A stretch of DNA of 64,000 bases from an uncultured Acidobacteriota bacterium (GCA_964568735.1 CAZMRF010000001.1:283215-347214), one strand, 5' to 3'. Counted from the stretch's first letter, positions 1-10,588 are shown. The notes: a model not told the origin generated them from the sequence alone. Numbers and translations: made by a program.

Positions 1-40
1 GACGGCTCGACTCGCGGCGCTCCTGTCGCGTCCCGTCGCG

Positions 41-66
41 CGCGTCTCTCGAACAGGAGACGCGTA
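41..66. promoter_or_regulatory. Inverted repeat (gcgtctc-N8-gagacgc) about 70 bp upstream of the gspE-REC start. Could be an operator or the terminator of an upstream gene.
   Basis: Perfect 7-bp inverted repeat with an 8-nt spacer seen directly in the sequence. No T-tract follows it. Confidence 0.25.
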
Positions 67-134
67 GAAGGTCACTCGCTCCGACTCCGCTTGCTCCCAC
101 GAGGGGGCCGGACCTATCTATTGACCGGTCTGCA

Positions 135-2360
135 TTGAAGCCCACAGGGAGAATCATGAGCCGCTCTCTCAAGATTGATGAAATCCTCCTGAGCTCACAG
201 ATCCTCGATCGAGAAGGCCTGACGCGCGCCTACGAGGTCCAGCAGCGCGACGGAGGCTCTCTCGGCAGGATCATCGCGCACCTCGGGCTGGCCGAAGAGG
301 ACGCCGTCTGCCGTGCCATCGCCGCGGGGGTGGGCCTGGAGAGCCCCTCGCTCGAATCGCTTTCCATCACGCAGGAGACCGCGGATCTCCTGACGCCGAA
401 GCTCTGCCGCAGCCGCCTCGTCGCCCCGATCGGCCGGGAGGGACGCTCGCTCCAGCTCGCGATGGCCGATCCGCTCGATGTCAATACCATCCAGGACGTC
501 GAGTTCAGCTCGGGCAAGCGAGTCCTGCCCTGCGTCGCAACGGAGACAGCCATCCTCGGCCTCCTGGGGCGGCTCTACAGGGAGCCCTCCGACGAGGCGA
601 AGGCGTACGATCTCCTCTCGCGCGTCGATCCTGCCGGTGAGGCCGAGATCGCGCCGGCCCTTCCCGAGGACGCCGACATCGGCCAGCTCGCCAAGGACGT
701 CAAGCAGCCGCCCACGATCCGCCTGGTCAACATGATCCTCAGCGACGCCGCCAGCGCGGGCGCGAGCGACGTCCATATCGAGCCCCAGGAGAGCGGCGTC
801 CTCGTCCGGCATCGCCTGGATGGCCTGCTCCACGACGTCCTCCACCTCCCCAAGAGGCGGCAGGACGCCACGATCTCCAGGCTCAAGGTCATCGCGGGCA
901 TGGACATCTCCGAGCGGCGCAAGCCTCAGGACGGCCGCAGCCGCCTTCGCTTCCAGGGCAGGCGGATCGACCTTCGAGTCTCCACTCTGCCCACGCAGTT
1001 CGGAGAGAAGGTGGTCATCCGGCTGCTCGACAGCAGCGGCGCGAGGGTCGAGATGAGCCAGCTCGGCTTCGACCCGGCAACCCTCGGGAGATTCCAGGGG
1101 CTGCTGCGCCGCCCCCAGGGCTTCGTGCTCGTGACGGGGCCCACAGGAAGCGGGAAGACATCGACTCTTTATGCCTCATTGAACTGGGTGAAGTCCCCCA
1201 CGACCAATATCATCACGGTGGAGGATCCGATCGAATACCAGATCCCCGGGATCAACCAGGTCCAGATCAACTCGAAGGCGGGCATCACCTTCGCCTCCGG
1301 CCTGCGCTCCATCCTCAGGCAGGATCCCAACGTCGTCCTGGTCGGCGAGATCCGCGACCACGAGACGGCCGCAATTGCTCTCGAGGCGGCGCTGACCGGC
1401 CACCTGATGTTCAGCACGCTGCACACCAACGATGCCCCCGGCTCCATCACGCGGCTGCTCGATCTCGGCATCGAGCCCTACCACGTGGCCACCTCCCTGA
1501 CCTGCGCACTCTCGCAGCGCCTCGTCAGACGCCTCTGTCCGGCCTGCACGGTGGAGAGGGCCCCGACGGCGGCGGCTATCGAGAGGGTCGGCGGGGAGAG
1601 CCGCCTCCCGTCCGCGCCCGTCTGGAAGGCGGGCCGCGGCTGTGACGCCTGCTCGGGCTCGGGCTACAAGGGGCGGACGGCCGTTCACGAGCTCCTGGTC
1701 GTCACCGACGAAATCCGGGACCTGGTTTCGACCCGATCGGCGGAGCACACGCTTCGCGAAGCGGCGCGCCGCGCGGGAATGAAGACCCTGATGGAAGACG
1801 CCCTCGTCAAGGCCGCCCAGGGGCTCACGACCCTGGAGGAGGTCGTGCGCGTCGTGCCTCCGGACGAGCCGCCGGGCATCCGCGCGCGGAGCGCGAGCCG
1901 GCCGATGGCGGTTTCTCCTCGCGAGGTCCCCCCCACGGAGAGCTCGCCGGCATTCCCCGATGGCCTCCAGCGCCGTGTCCTCGTCGTGGAGGACAGCCCT
2001 ACCGTCGCCTCGGTCGTGCGGTATTTCCTCGAGCTGGAGGGCTTCGAAGTGTGCGTGGCGCAGGACGGGAACGAGGGCCTCGAGATGGCGCGGCGGCAGC
2101 GACCCGACGTCATCGTCACCGACGTCAACATGCCCGGCATGGACGGCATGGAGATGGTGAGCGCCCTGCGCGATGACCCGCTGACGCGCGAGGTCGCCAT
2201 CCTCATGCTCACCTCCGACTCCAGCGTGGAGAGGGAGACCGAGGGGTTCACGGCGGGCGCCGACGACTACATCGTCAAGCCCGTCGAGCCGCGGCGCCTT
2301 GCGGCGCGCGTGAAAGCGCTCCTGACCCGGGCACGCACGGAACAAGCCACGGCCTCATGA
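135..2360 (+). CDS. Type II/IV secretion-system ATPase (GspE/PilB family) with an N-terminal GspE_N/MshEN-like domain and a C-terminal CheY-like receiver (REC) domain.
   Basis: GspE N-terminal domain, Walker A GPTGSGKT, Asp/His boxes, and a C-terminal tetracysteine motif (CPAC...CDAC). It ends with an intact REC domain (VLVVEDSP...VIVTDVNMPGMDG...YIVKP). RBS GGGAGA lies before the ATG and codon position 3 is GC-rich. Confidence 0.9.
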   Translation: MKPTGRIMSRSLKIDEILLSSQILDREGLTRAYEVQQRDGGSLGRIIAHLGLAEEDAVCRAIAAGVGLESPSLESLSITQETADLLTPKLCRSRLVAPIGREGRSLQLAMADPLDVNTIQDVEFSSGKRVLPCVATETAILGLLGRLYREPSDEAKAYDLLSRVDPAGEAEIAPALPEDADIGQLAKDVKQPPTIRLVNMILSDAASAGASDVHIEPQESGVLVRHRLDGLLHDVLHLPKRRQDATISRLKVIAGMDISERRKPQDGRSRLRFQGRRIDLRVSTLPTQFGEKVVIRLLDSSGARVEMSQLGFDPATLGRFQGLLRRPQGFVLVTGPTGSGKTSTLYASLNWVKSPTTNIITVEDPIEYQIPGINQVQINSKAGITFASGLRSILRQDPNVVLVGEIRDHETAAIALEAALTGHLMFSTLHTNDAPGSITRLLDLGIEPYHVATSLTCALSQRLVRRLCPACTVERAPTAAAIERVGGESRLPSAPVWKAGRGCDACSGSGYKGRTAVHELLVVTDEIRDLVSTRSAEHTLREAARRAGMKTLMEDALVKAAQGLTTLEEVVRVVPPDEPPGIRARSASRPMAVSPREVPPTESSPAFPDGLQRRVLVVEDSPTVASVVRYFLELEGFEVCVAQDGNEGLEMARRQRPDVIVTDVNMPGMDGMEMVSALRDDPLTREVAILMLTSDSSVERETEGFTAGADDYIVKPVEPRRLAARVKALLTRARTEQATAS

Positions 2361-2983
2361 GAGGTCGGCGGCTCGTCACAACCATAGGCGTCTCTCTCTG
2401 GTCCGCCTCCGTGGTCGCCGGCCTCGGGATCCTCCTCGACTACGATACGACTCCAGGCGATGCGGGAGAGCCGCCGCAACGCTGGCCCCCGTCGAGCCTC
2501 CTCGATCGTGCATCCGGAAGGTGGACGATCGTCATGGTGGCCCACCCGAAGTGTCCCTGCACGCGCGCGAGCCTCGCGGAGCTGGATCGAATCATGGCAA
2601 GAGGCGGTGACCGCCTTCAGGCCTTCGTGCTCTTCCTCGCCCCGTCCAGCGCGGGCGCGGCCTGGGCCGAGAGCGACCTCTGGGAGCGCGCCTCGTCCAT
2701 CCCGGGCGTTCAGTCCGTCAAGGACGTCGACGGGCTGGAGGCCATGCGGTTCCGCTGCGTCACGTCGGGCCACGCGCTGCTCTACGACCCCGCCGGAGAA
2801 CGGAAGTACAGCGGCGGGATCACCGCCTCGCGCGGCCATGAGGGGGGCAACATCGGCAGCCTCGCCATCATCAGCGCCCTCGAAGGCCTGCCCGTCGCGA
2901 CGGAGGCCGCGGCCGTCTTCGGGTGCCCCCTGCACGAAATGGAAGTGGAACTGCATCGGATGGATTCATCATGGCCGAAGTGA
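2357..2983 (+). CDS. Hypothetical membrane-anchored protein with an HPKCPC (CXC) motif, possibly with a thioredoxin-like fold.
   Basis: Its start overlaps the upstream stop (ATGA). It has an N-terminal TM helix and GC3-rich codon usage. It sits between two certain genes in the same orientation. No family was recognised. Confidence 0.5.
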   Translation: MRGRRLVTTIGVSLWSASVVAGLGILLDYDTTPGDAGEPPQRWPPSSLLDRASGRWTIVMVAHPKCPCTRASLAELDRIMARGGDRLQAFVLFLAPSSAGAAWAESDLWERASSIPGVQSVKDVDGLEAMRFRCVTSGHALLYDPAGERKYSGGITASRGHEGGNIGSLAIISALEGLPVATEAAAVFGCPLHEMEVELHRMDSSWPK

Positions 2984-5900
2984 GCGTGGATCCCAGGCTC
3001 AGTGACGTGGTCCATCGAAGAGCTGCCTCCCTGCTCGCGGAGGCCCGCGACGTCATCACCAGGAGGACCGACCGCCTCCTCACGGGGCTGCTCCTGGCCG
3101 AGCTCACAACGGGGTTCGCCGCCGCGTTGTGGCTCTCCCCGACGACCTGGCGGGGAATCTCGAGCAACACCCACCCGCATGTCTGGGCGGCCCTCCTCCT
3201 GGGTCCCCTGATCGTCCTCCTCCCGCTGGTCCTCACCCTCCTGCGCCCGGGAGCCGTCGTGACCCGGCACGTCGTCGCCGCCGCTCAGATGCTGATGGCG
3301 GGCCTGCTGATCCAGTTCACCGAAGGGAGGATCGAGACCCATTTCATCATCTTTGGCTCGCTGGCCTTCCTGGCCTTCTACAGGGACTGGCCCGTGCTCG
3401 TGACGGCCTCGGCGGTGACCGCGATGGAGCACGTGATCCGGGGCGTCTTCTGGCCTCAGTCCGTCTACGGCGTGGCCGCCGCGAGCATCTGGCGGTCCAT
3501 GGAACATGGGGGGTGGGTGGTCTTCACAGACGTGTTTCTCATCGCCTCCTGCCGCCTGGCTCTCCGCGAGATGTCCGAGAGCGCGGAGAAGCGAGCGCAG
3601 CTCGAGACGATCAAGGACACCATCGAGCAGGAGATCGCCGACAGGACCGCCGAGCTGAAGGCAGGCGAGGAGAGGTTCAGGATCCTGTCGACCTCGTCGC
3701 CGGTGGGGATCTTCCAGACCGACGCCGCGGGAGAGTGCCTCTATACGAACCCGCGGCTCCGGGCCATGACCGGCCTCAGTTTTGGCGAGTGTCTCGGTGA
3801 TGGCTGGAGCCGCGCCGTCCACCCCGAGGACAGAATGGCGGTCACGCGCGAGTGGGCCATCGCCGCAGCGCAGGGCAACGACTTCTCGCGCGAGTTCCGG
3901 ATCGGACGCCCTGACGGGACCGTAAGGTGGGCTCACTCCCGCTCCTCGAAACTGACCGATGAGTCGGGCACGATCACGGGATTCGTCGGCACGGTCGAGG
4001 ACGTCACCGATCGCAAGCTGTTCGAAGGAGAGCTGCGGAAGGCCAAGGATGCCGCGGAGGCCGCCACGCGCGCCAAGTCGTCCTTCCTGGCGAACATGAG
4101 CCACGAGATCCGCACGCCGATGAACGGGGTGATCGGGATGACGGGGCTGCTCCTCGAGACGAACCTGAATGCCGAGCAGCGGGAGTACGCCGAGACGGTC
4201 CGCAGCTCGGGACAGGCCCTGCTCTCCATCATCAACGATATCCTGGATTTCTCGAAGATCGAAGCGGGGAAGATGCAGCTCGAGATGCTCGACTTCGACC
4301 TCCGGACGACCGTCGAGGAGTGCGTGGAGCTGCTCGCCGAGCGAGCCCAGGCGAGAAAGCTCGAGATCGCCTGCCTGGTGCACCACGACGCTCCGGCCGT
4401 CCTGCGCGGCGACCCCGGCCGTCTCCGGCAGATCCTGATCAACTTCCTCAGCAACGCCGTCAAGTTCACCGAGAAGGGCGAGGTCATCGCGAGGGCCCGG
4501 CTGGCCTCCCCTCCCCGCGACGGGCGCGTCACGATCCGCTTCGAGGTGACCGACACGGGCATCGGCATTCCTCCCGAGGCGCAGGCGCGGCTCTTCAACC
4601 CCTTCACACAGGCCGATGACTCGACGACGCGAAGGTACGGCGGCACGGGGCTGGGCCTGGCCATCTGCAAGCAGCTCGCGGAGCTGATGGGAGGTGAGGT
4701 CGGCCTGGAGAGCGCACCGGGGAAAGGAAGCACTTTCTGGTTCACGGCGACGCTGGAAGCCCGACCCGAGACCGCGCTCGTGCTGCCCAGCCCTCGTGAA
4801 GACCTCAGGGGGCTGAGGGTCCTCATCGTCGACGACAATGCGACGAACCGGAAGATCCTCCAGGGGCTCACGCGCCTGTGGGGGATGGCGGGCGAGGGCG
4901 CGGCGAGCGCGCGCAGCGCGCTCGAGATGCTCCGCGCCGCGGCCGGCGCCGCGCCCCACGATCTGGCGATCCTCGACATGCAGATGCCCGACATGGACGG
5001 GATCGAGCTGGCCCGGGCGATCCGATCGGACCCACGCCTCGCACGCATCCCGTTGCTGATGATGACCTCGATGGGCGTGCGCGGGAACGCCGAAGACTGC
5101 CGTCAGGCAGGGGTGAACGCCTTCCTCACGAAGCCCGTGAGGCAGTCCCAGCTCTACGACTCCATCAGGACCATGATGGGCGCCCCCGCCCCCTCGGCAT
5201 CCCCGGAGGATCCGCCGAACCTCGTCACCGCCCACGGGCTGAGGGAGGCCGAGGCTCGCAAGCGCATGCGGGTCCTCGTGGTGGAGGACAACGAGGTGAA
5301 CCAGATGGTGGCCATCCGCATGCTGGACAAGCTGGGCTATCGATCAGATGTCGCCGCGAACGGACTGGAAGCCGTCGAGGCCGCCTCCCGGATACGCTAC
5401 GACGCCATCCTGATGGACTGCCAGATGCCGGAGATGGACGGCTTCGAGGCCACCCGGGCGATTCGCGAATCCGAGGCCGCCCGCGGCCTTCGGACGCCCA
5501 TCATCGCCATGACGGCCAACGCGCTCCAGTCCGATCGCGAGGAGTGCCTCCACTCCGGGATGGACGACTACCTGGCGAAGCCGGTGCAGAAGGCGACCCT
5601 GGGGGAATCCCTCCGCCGATGGCTGGCAGAGGGCTCGCGCAGCGGAACGGAGTCCGCCGCCGGAGCGCCCGGCGGGGCCTCGGGCGAGACGGCCCGGGGT
5701 GTCAGCAGCAGCCTCAGCTCCGCAACGGGAGAAGGCCCTACCATCCCGGCGGTTGATCCCCGCGTGCTCGCAGCCCTGGCTGGAGAAGGGCCCGCTCCTG
5801 ACAGCGAGTTCCTCGGCCTGCTGATCGATCAGTTCCTCGAGGAGTCAGCCAAGCGGCTGGCGTCGCTGCGACAGGCGGCTGCCGGCTCCCAGCCGGAGGC

Positions 5901-6105
5901 GCTCAGGGATTCAGCCCATTCCCTGCGCGGCAGCTCCGGAGTCATCGGAGCCAGGCACCTCTCCGCGCTGTGCGTCCAGCTGGAAGCGAAAGGCAAGTCG
6001 GGATCGCTCGATGGGATTGACGCGCTCCTGGATCAGCTCGAGCAGGAGATGCAGCGCGTCCGCGAGGCGCTCGCCGGCCACAGGACGGAGGCGGCCACGT
6101 TCTGA
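2971..6105 (+). CDS. Hybrid sensor histidine kinase: multi-TM N-terminal sensor, PAS, HisKA, HATPase_c, two REC domains and a C-terminal Hpt domain.
   Basis: H-box [16 protein letters not shown] boxes ([16 protein letters not shown]), two receiver domains with conserved Asp, and Hpt motif [12 protein letters not shown]. Start chosen at ATG 2971 (MAEVSVD...), which overlaps the upstream stop by 13 nt. An in-frame ATG at 2923 is the alternative. Confidence 0.9.
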   Translation: MAEVSVDPRLSDVVHRRAASLLAEARDVITRRTDRLLTGLLLAELTTGFAAALWLSPTTWRGISSNTHPHVWAALLLGPLIVLLPLVLTLLRPGAVVTRHVVAAAQMLMAGLLIQFTEGRIETHFIIFGSLAFLAFYRDWPVLVTASAVTAMEHVIRGVFWPQSVYGVAAASIWRSMEHGGWVVFTDVFLIASCRLALREMSESAEKRAQLETIKDTIEQEIADRTAELKAGEERFRILSTSSPVGIFQTDAAGECLYTNPRLRAMTGLSFGECLGDGWSRAVHPEDRMAVTREWAIAAAQGNDFSREFRIGRPDGTVRWAHSRSSKLTDESGTITGFVGTVEDVTDRKLFEGELRKAKDAAEAATRAKSSFLANMSHEIRTPMNGVIGMTGLLLETNLNAEQREYAETVRSSGQALLSIINDILDFSKIEAGKMQLEMLDFDLRTTVEECVELLAERAQARKLEIACLVHHDAPAVLRGDPGRLRQILINFLSNAVKFTEKGEVIARARLASPPRDGRVTIRFEVTDTGIGIPPEAQARLFNPFTQADDSTTRRYGGTGLGLAICKQLAELMGGEVGLESAPGKGSTFWFTATLEARPETALVLPSPREDLRGLRVLIVDDNATNRKILQGLTRLWGMAGEGAASARSALEMLRAAAGAAPHDLAILDMQMPDMDGIELARAIRSDPRLARIPLLMMTSMGVRGNAEDCRQAGVNAFLTKPVRQSQLYDSIRTMMGAPAPSASPEDPPNLVTAHGLREAEARKRMRVLVVEDNEVNQMVAIRMLDKLGYRSDVAANGLEAVEAASRIRYDAILMDCQMPEMDGFEATRAIRESEAARGLRTPIIAMTANALQSDREECLHSGMDDYLAKPVQKATLGESLRRWLAEGSRSGTESAAGAPGGASGETARGVSSSLSSATGEGPTIPAVDPRVLAALAGEGPAPDSEFLGLLIDQFLEESAKRLASLRQAAAGSQPEALRDSAHSLRGSSGVIGARHLSALCVQLEAKGKSGSLDGIDALLDQLEQEMQRVREALAGHRTEAATF

Positions 6106-6168
6106 GGCGCCAGCCGGTTCCGGCCGCTCGACCTTCCGGAAGTTGTGCCCGATTCGGGGGTGGTCCGC

Positions 6169-7791
6169 TCAGGCGCGGGGGGCCGACAGGATCGCCCGCG
6201 AGGCGAGCTCGGCGGGGGCGCAGGTGAGGCCGCCGCCGGGATGGGTGCCCATCCCGCAGAGGTAGAGGCCGGCCACCGGCGTTGCGTGGGCGTGGCACTC
6301 GGGGACGGGGCGGATCAGGATCTGATCCAGCGCCTGCTCGCCGTGGTGGATGTGGCCTCCCGTCACGCCGTATTCGGATTCGATGTCGGGGGGCGCCAGC
6401 ACTTTCATGGCGAGAGTCATCGCGCGCGTCCCCGGCGCATGCTCCTCGAGGATCCCGACGACGCGATCCCCCAGCCGCGCACGCGCTTCGTCGCTCCACC
6501 CGCCCTCGAGATTCGTCGGGACGAAGTGAACCAGGATGGAGACAACACCTCCTCCGCCGAGCGGGCCTCGAGCCGGCGAAGGCCGAGAACCACCGGCTCC
6601 GGCGGCCGGGGTCGGGTCTGAGAGGCGCCCTTCCGCACCTGGCCCCCCGGTTGGGACGTAGATCTCCAGAATGGGCCTTTCTGGGAGTTTCCGGTACTTG
6701 ATCGGGTCGAAGGCTCTCTCGAGATCATCGAGGCGGGCTCCCGTGCGGGCACGATCGACTCTCCCCTCCGGGTGCGCCTTGAAGCGGGGCTCCCCCCCGA
6801 GCGCCAGGAGGACCTGCGCCGTCGAGCCACGCATCCTGTAGCCTTCGATTCTGCGGAGCAGACGCTCACCCAACGCGCCGGCGGGCACGAGATCGAGCAG
6901 GGCACGCCTGGGATCGCAGGACGCGGCCACGATCCGGGATCCGATCTTCCGGTCTCCCTCGATCTCGACCCCCTGCACTCCCGCGGCGTCCACCAGGATC
7001 CTCGTGACGTGCGCCGAGGTCATGATCTCCACGCCCCGAGCCCGCGCAGCCCTCTCCAGAGCGGCGATGAGAGCGGGCCCGTCTCCCTCGACACCGGCCC
7101 CGGCCAGCGCTTCCCAGATGAGGAGGTTGCCGGCGCTGCCGGGCGAGCGCGGCCCCATCCAGTTGCCGGCGATGGCCGGCAGCGCCAGGCTGGCCTTGAG
7201 GAGATCCCCCTCGAACCACTCCCCCAGCCAGTCGGCCACGCTCATGGGAGGCACGCGCAGCAGCTCCATCATCGCCGCACGGCCGAGGCTCCTCACCTTG
7301 AGGGCGCGGCGTACCAGCTCGGCGAAGCCCATCGACTCCGGGTCGATGAGGTTCACGGGAGGGGTCGTCAGGAAATCGGCCAGGAGGCTCCGGATCGGCC
7401 CGGGCTTCGAGTGGTAGTCCAGCCAGGCCGCTCCGTCGCGAGCGGAGCGCGCCGCGATCGCCTTCGCGGCGATGGCAGGATCTCCGTCGATCCAGATCCC
7501 CTCGCCGGGCGTGCGGAGGGCGAGGTGGCCGGGGCGGACGCCGCGGCGGCGCAGCCCATGCTTCTCCAGCTCCAGCGCGGAGATGATGCTTTCCCTCAGG
7601 CGCGAGCTGTCGTGGAGGAGGCCGGGGCTCCTGAAGCCGGGGTGGAACTCCTCCCCGGAGGCGAGCCCGCCGGCGGAGGCCCTGCGCTCGACGACGACGA
7701 CCTTCCTGCCCGCTCCCGCGAGGAGGCCCGCTGTCGCGAGTCCGTTGGGGCCCGCGCCGATGACGATGACGTCGTAGCCGGAAGGCCCCAT
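6169..7791 (-). CDS. FAD-dependent oxidoreductase, CrtI/amine-oxidase (PF01593-like) family. Paralogue A.
   Basis: N-terminal dinucleotide-binding motif YDVIVIGAGPNGL...VVVERR..GG. It is about 540 aa long. Its ATG overlaps the stop of the upstream paralogue (ATGA at 7788-7791). Confidence 0.85.
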   Translation of the reverse strand: MGPSGYDVIVIGAGPNGLATAGLLAGAGRKVVVVERRASAGGLASGEEFHPGFRSPGLLHDSSRLRESIISALELEKHGLRRRGVRPGHLALRTPGEGIWIDGDPAIAAKAIAARSARDGAAWLDYHSKPGPIRSLLADFLTTPPVNLIDPESMGFAELVRRALKVRSLGRAAMMELLRVPPMSVADWLGEWFEGDLLKASLALPAIAGNWMGPRSPGSAGNLLIWEALAGAGVEGDGPALIAALERAARARGVEIMTSAHVTRILVDAAGVQGVEIEGDRKIGSRIVAASCDPRRALLDLVPAGALGERLLRRIEGYRMRGSTAQVLLALGGEPRFKAHPEGRVDRARTGARLDDLERAFDPIKYRKLPERPILEIYVPTGGPGAEGRLSDPTPAAGAGGSRPSPARGPLGGGGVVSILVHFVPTNLEGGWSDEARARLGDRVVGILEEHAPGTRAMTLAMKVLAPPDIESEYGVTGGHIHHGEQALDQILIRPVPECHAHATPVAGLYLCGMGTHPGGGLTCAPAELASRAILSAPRA

Positions 7792-9401
7792 CAGATCTCT
7801 CCCGACGCGAGGAGCGCCTTCGAGGCGAGCTCTCCCGGGGCGCCCATGATCCCTCCGCCCGGATGCGCCCCCGACGCCGCTATCCAGAGGCGCCTCACCG
7901 GCGTCCTGTACCTCGCCCAGCCGGCCGCGGGCCTCAGGAAGAGAAGCTGATCCAGGCTCAGCTCGCCGTGGAAGATGTTCCCCTCCGTGAGGCCGAACTC
8001 CTGCTCCAGGTCCCACGGGGTGAGGACCTGGCGGTGGAGGATGGACTGCTTCAAGCTCGGGCAGTACTCGGCCAGCGTGTCCACGACCGCGTCCCCGAAG
8101 GCCTCCCGCCTCTGCGGCCAGCTCGAAGGCCCTTCCTTGATCGCGTAGGGCGCGTACTGGACGAAGCAGGAGACGACGTGCTTGCCGGGAGGCGCGACCG
8201 TCGGATCCACGAGCGAGGGGATGACGACGTTCAAATAGGGCCGTTCGGAGTAGTCCCCGTACTTCGCCTGATCGTAGGCCCGCTCCAGGTAATCGATGCC
8301 CGGCGCGATCGCGATGTCCCCGCGCAGCCAGGGGCCGTCGCCCGGGCGGCAGGTGAACTCCGGGACGCGGTCCACGGCGAGGTTCACCTTGCCGCTGCTT
8401 CCGCGCATCTTGAAGCGCCGTATCTGCGCGGCGAACTCCGGATCGAGGTTCTCCTCTCCAACCAGCCTGAAGAAGGTCCGGTGGGGATCGAGCCCGGAGA
8501 CGACCGCTTTCGCCCGGATCTCGTCGCCCGACTCCAGCACGACGCCCGAGGCGACCCTGTCGCGGATGAGAGCCTTGCTCACCGGAGCGCTCGTCAGGAT
8601 CTCCGCCCCGTAGGCCCGTGCCGCGCGGGCAATCGCGTTGCTCACCTCCCCCGTGCCGCCCCTCGCGAAGCCCCAAGCCCTGAAGGCGCCGTCGATCTCA
8701 CCCATGTAGTGGTGCAGGAGAACGTACGCCGTGCCGGGAGATCGCACGCCCAGGAAGGTTCCGATGATCCCGCTCACGGACATGGGAGCCTTCAAGATTT
8801 CGCTCTCGAACCACTCGTCGAGGAAGTCCACGGAGGACATGGTCATGAGCTTGAAGTTCAGGTAGCGGAGATCCTCGCTGTAGCGGCCCATCTCGCGGGT
8901 CAGCCTGAGGAGCCGGACCAGCTCGCGGGGATCGAAGGAGGCGGGGTCGGGAGCTGGAGAGTCGATGACGGTCTTCGCGAAGCGCGCCAGCCTCGTCATC
9001 GCGAGGCCGAACTCGGGGTAGATCTCCGCATCGCGCGCGGAGAACTTCGAGATCTCGCGCCGGTTCTCGTGGCCGTCGGGCCCGCGCGTCAGGCATCGCC
9101 CGTCGGGCAGCGGAAGGAAGGAGTACTCGAGCGGGATGATCTCCAGGCCATGGCGGGGCAGGTCCAGCTCCCGGATGATGTGAGGCCGGAAAAGGCTCAC
9201 CACGTAGGAGCAGACGGAGAAGGTGAAGCCGGGGAAGACTTCCTCGCTGACGGCGGCGCCGCCGAGGACGTGGCGCCGCTCGAGCACCAGCACCTTCCTC
9301 CCCGCCCGGGCCAGGTAGGCCGCGCAGGTCAGCCCGTTGTGGCCTCCGCCCACGATGATGGCGTCGTAGCTGCTGCGTGAAGGACGCCCCGTGCCGCTCA
9401 C
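7791..9401 (-). CDS. FAD-dependent oxidoreductase, CrtI/amine-oxidase family. Paralogue B.
   Basis: YDAIIVGGGHNGL...VLVLERR..GG Rossmann motif. It is clearly paralogous to the downstream gene. A GTG start at 9401 overlaps the stop of the gcvT-like gene (GTGA). Confidence 0.8.
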   Translation of the reverse strand: MSGTGRPSRSSYDAIIVGGGHNGLTCAAYLARAGRKVLVLERRHVLGGAAVSEEVFPGFTFSVCSYVVSLFRPHIIRELDLPRHGLEIIPLEYSFLPLPDGRCLTRGPDGHENRREISKFSARDAEIYPEFGLAMTRLARFAKTVIDSPAPDPASFDPRELVRLLRLTREMGRYSEDLRYLNFKLMTMSSVDFLDEWFESEILKAPMSVSGIIGTFLGVRSPGTAYVLLHHYMGEIDGAFRAWGFARGGTGEVSNAIARAARAYGAEILTSAPVSKALIRDRVASGVVLESGDEIRAKAVVSGLDPHRTFFRLVGEENLDPEFAAQIRRFKMRGSSGKVNLAVDRVPEFTCRPGDGPWLRGDIAIAPGIDYLERAYDQAKYGDYSERPYLNVVIPSLVDPTVAPPGKHVVSCFVQYAPYAIKEGPSSWPQRREAFGDAVVDTLAEYCPSLKQSILHRQVLTPWDLEQEFGLTEGNIFHGELSLDQLLFLRPAAGWARYRTPVRRLWIAASGAHPGGGIMGAPGELASKALLASGEI

Positions 9402-10588
9402 GCCTTCTTCCTCTCGGGATCGAAAAAGGGCGGCTTCGCCACGGTGGCCGTGATCTGCCGCCTCTCGTACTCCGCGGTCACCTCGATCCTCAGGCGCGTT
9501 CCCGGCGCGGCCCAGGGGGCCCGGACGGAGGCGAGCGCCAGGTTCTTCTTGAGCGTGGGCGACCAGGCCCCGCTCGAGGCCTTCCCCACCTGCCGCCCCC
9601 GCGAGTCGTAGACGGGCACCGGAGTCCTCCAGGCCCCGACGGGGACCTGGGGCGGCAGCCCGAACTCCGCGAAGACGGCCTCGTACTCGTCCCAGTCGTA
9701 GACGAGGCCGACGAAGTGCCACTCGGACCCCTTTCGCCTCTCCTCCTGCAGCGCCCGCTGGCCGATGAAGGGATCGCGCTCGAGGTTGACCGTCCAGCCC
9801 AGGTTGATCTCGTAGGGAGTGGACTTGCGCGACTCGATCGCGCAGTGGTTCGCGCTGAAGTAGTCCACGCCATTCATGATGAAGCCCGCCTCGATCCGGG
9901 TGACGTCGAGCGCGTCGAGCCCCGCAGGGAGGATGCGGTGAGGTCGCCCTGCTTCCATGATCGCGTCGTAGACGCCGAGCGCATCGTCCGGCTCCATCCA
10001 GATCTCGTAGCCGAGATCCCCCGTGTAGCCCGTGCGGGAGACCCAGACGTCAGCTCCCGCCAGTCGCGTCCGGGCTATCGAGAAGAACTTCAAGTCCTGC
10101 ACGCCGCCGCGGACGACCTGCCCGAGGATCTCCCGTGACCTGGGTCCCTGCAGCGCCAGGGCTCCGATCCTCGTGCTGCTCTCCTCGAGGGTGACCCGGA
10201 AGCTCCTCGCGTGGCGCTGGAGCCAAGCCAGGGCCGGCTCGGCGGCCGTCACCCGGAACCAGTCCTCGTCGAGCCTCGAAACGGTCCCGTCGTCCACCAC
10301 CTTGCCGTCGTCGTCGCACCAGCAGAGATAGGTCACGCGCCCCGCCTTGAGCTTCGTGATGTCCCGGACCATCACCAGCGAGAGAAAGCGCGCGGCGTCG
10401 CGCCCCCGCACCTCGTACTTGAAGAGAGGCGTGACGTCGAGGAGGCCGGCCGCGTGGCGGTAGGCGTAGTACTCGCGCTCGTGGCTGACGTCGTAGGAGC
10501 GGACGGCGAAGTAGCCCGCCCAGTCCTTCCAAGCCATGCTCGTGCAGAGGGCGGACGTTCTGGGATGGAAGGGTGACGGTATCGGCAT
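9398..10588 (-). CDS. Aminomethyltransferase-family protein (GcvT-like, folate-binding).
   Basis: GcvT-family motifs are present: AGLLDVTPLFKYEVRG, a central folate-binding region, and C-terminal barrel motifs (GKASSGAWSPTL). Its stop overlaps the downstream GTG start. Confidence 0.85.
   Translation of the reverse strand: MPIPSPFHPRTSALCTSMAWKDWAGYFAVRSYDVSHEREYYAYRHAAGLLDVTPLFKYEVRGRDAARFLSLVMVRDITKLKAGRVTYLCWCDDDGKVVDDGTVSRLDEDWFRVTAAEPALAWLQRHARSFRVTLEESSTRIGALALQGPRSREILGQVVRGGVQDLKFFSIARTRLAGADVWVSRTGYTGDLGYEIWMEPDDALGVYDAIMEAGRPHRILPAGLDALDVTRIEAGFIMNGVDYFSANHCAIESRKSTPYEINLGWTVNLERDPFIGQRALQEERRKGSEWHFVGLVYDWDEYEAVFAEFGLPPQVPVGAWRTPVPVYDSRGRQVGKASSGAWSPTLKKNLALASVRAPWAAPGTRLRIEVTAEYERRQITATVAKPPFFDPERKKA

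Noticed and set aside
2782-5235. 817-aa ORF antisense to the hybrid histidine kinase, and many other 200-700-aa antisense or out-of-frame ORFs (e.g. 1176-2345, 7863-9380, 11583-13346, 14024-15652, 16367-17899, 21091-23235, 38103-39959, 39392-41377, 41863-43299, 46789-48717).
   Set aside because: At 70% GC, stop-free antisense frames are expected. Their translations are Arg/Gly/Pro-rich low-complexity sequences with no motifs. Every one overlaps a gene with clear family signatures and GC3-rich codon usage.
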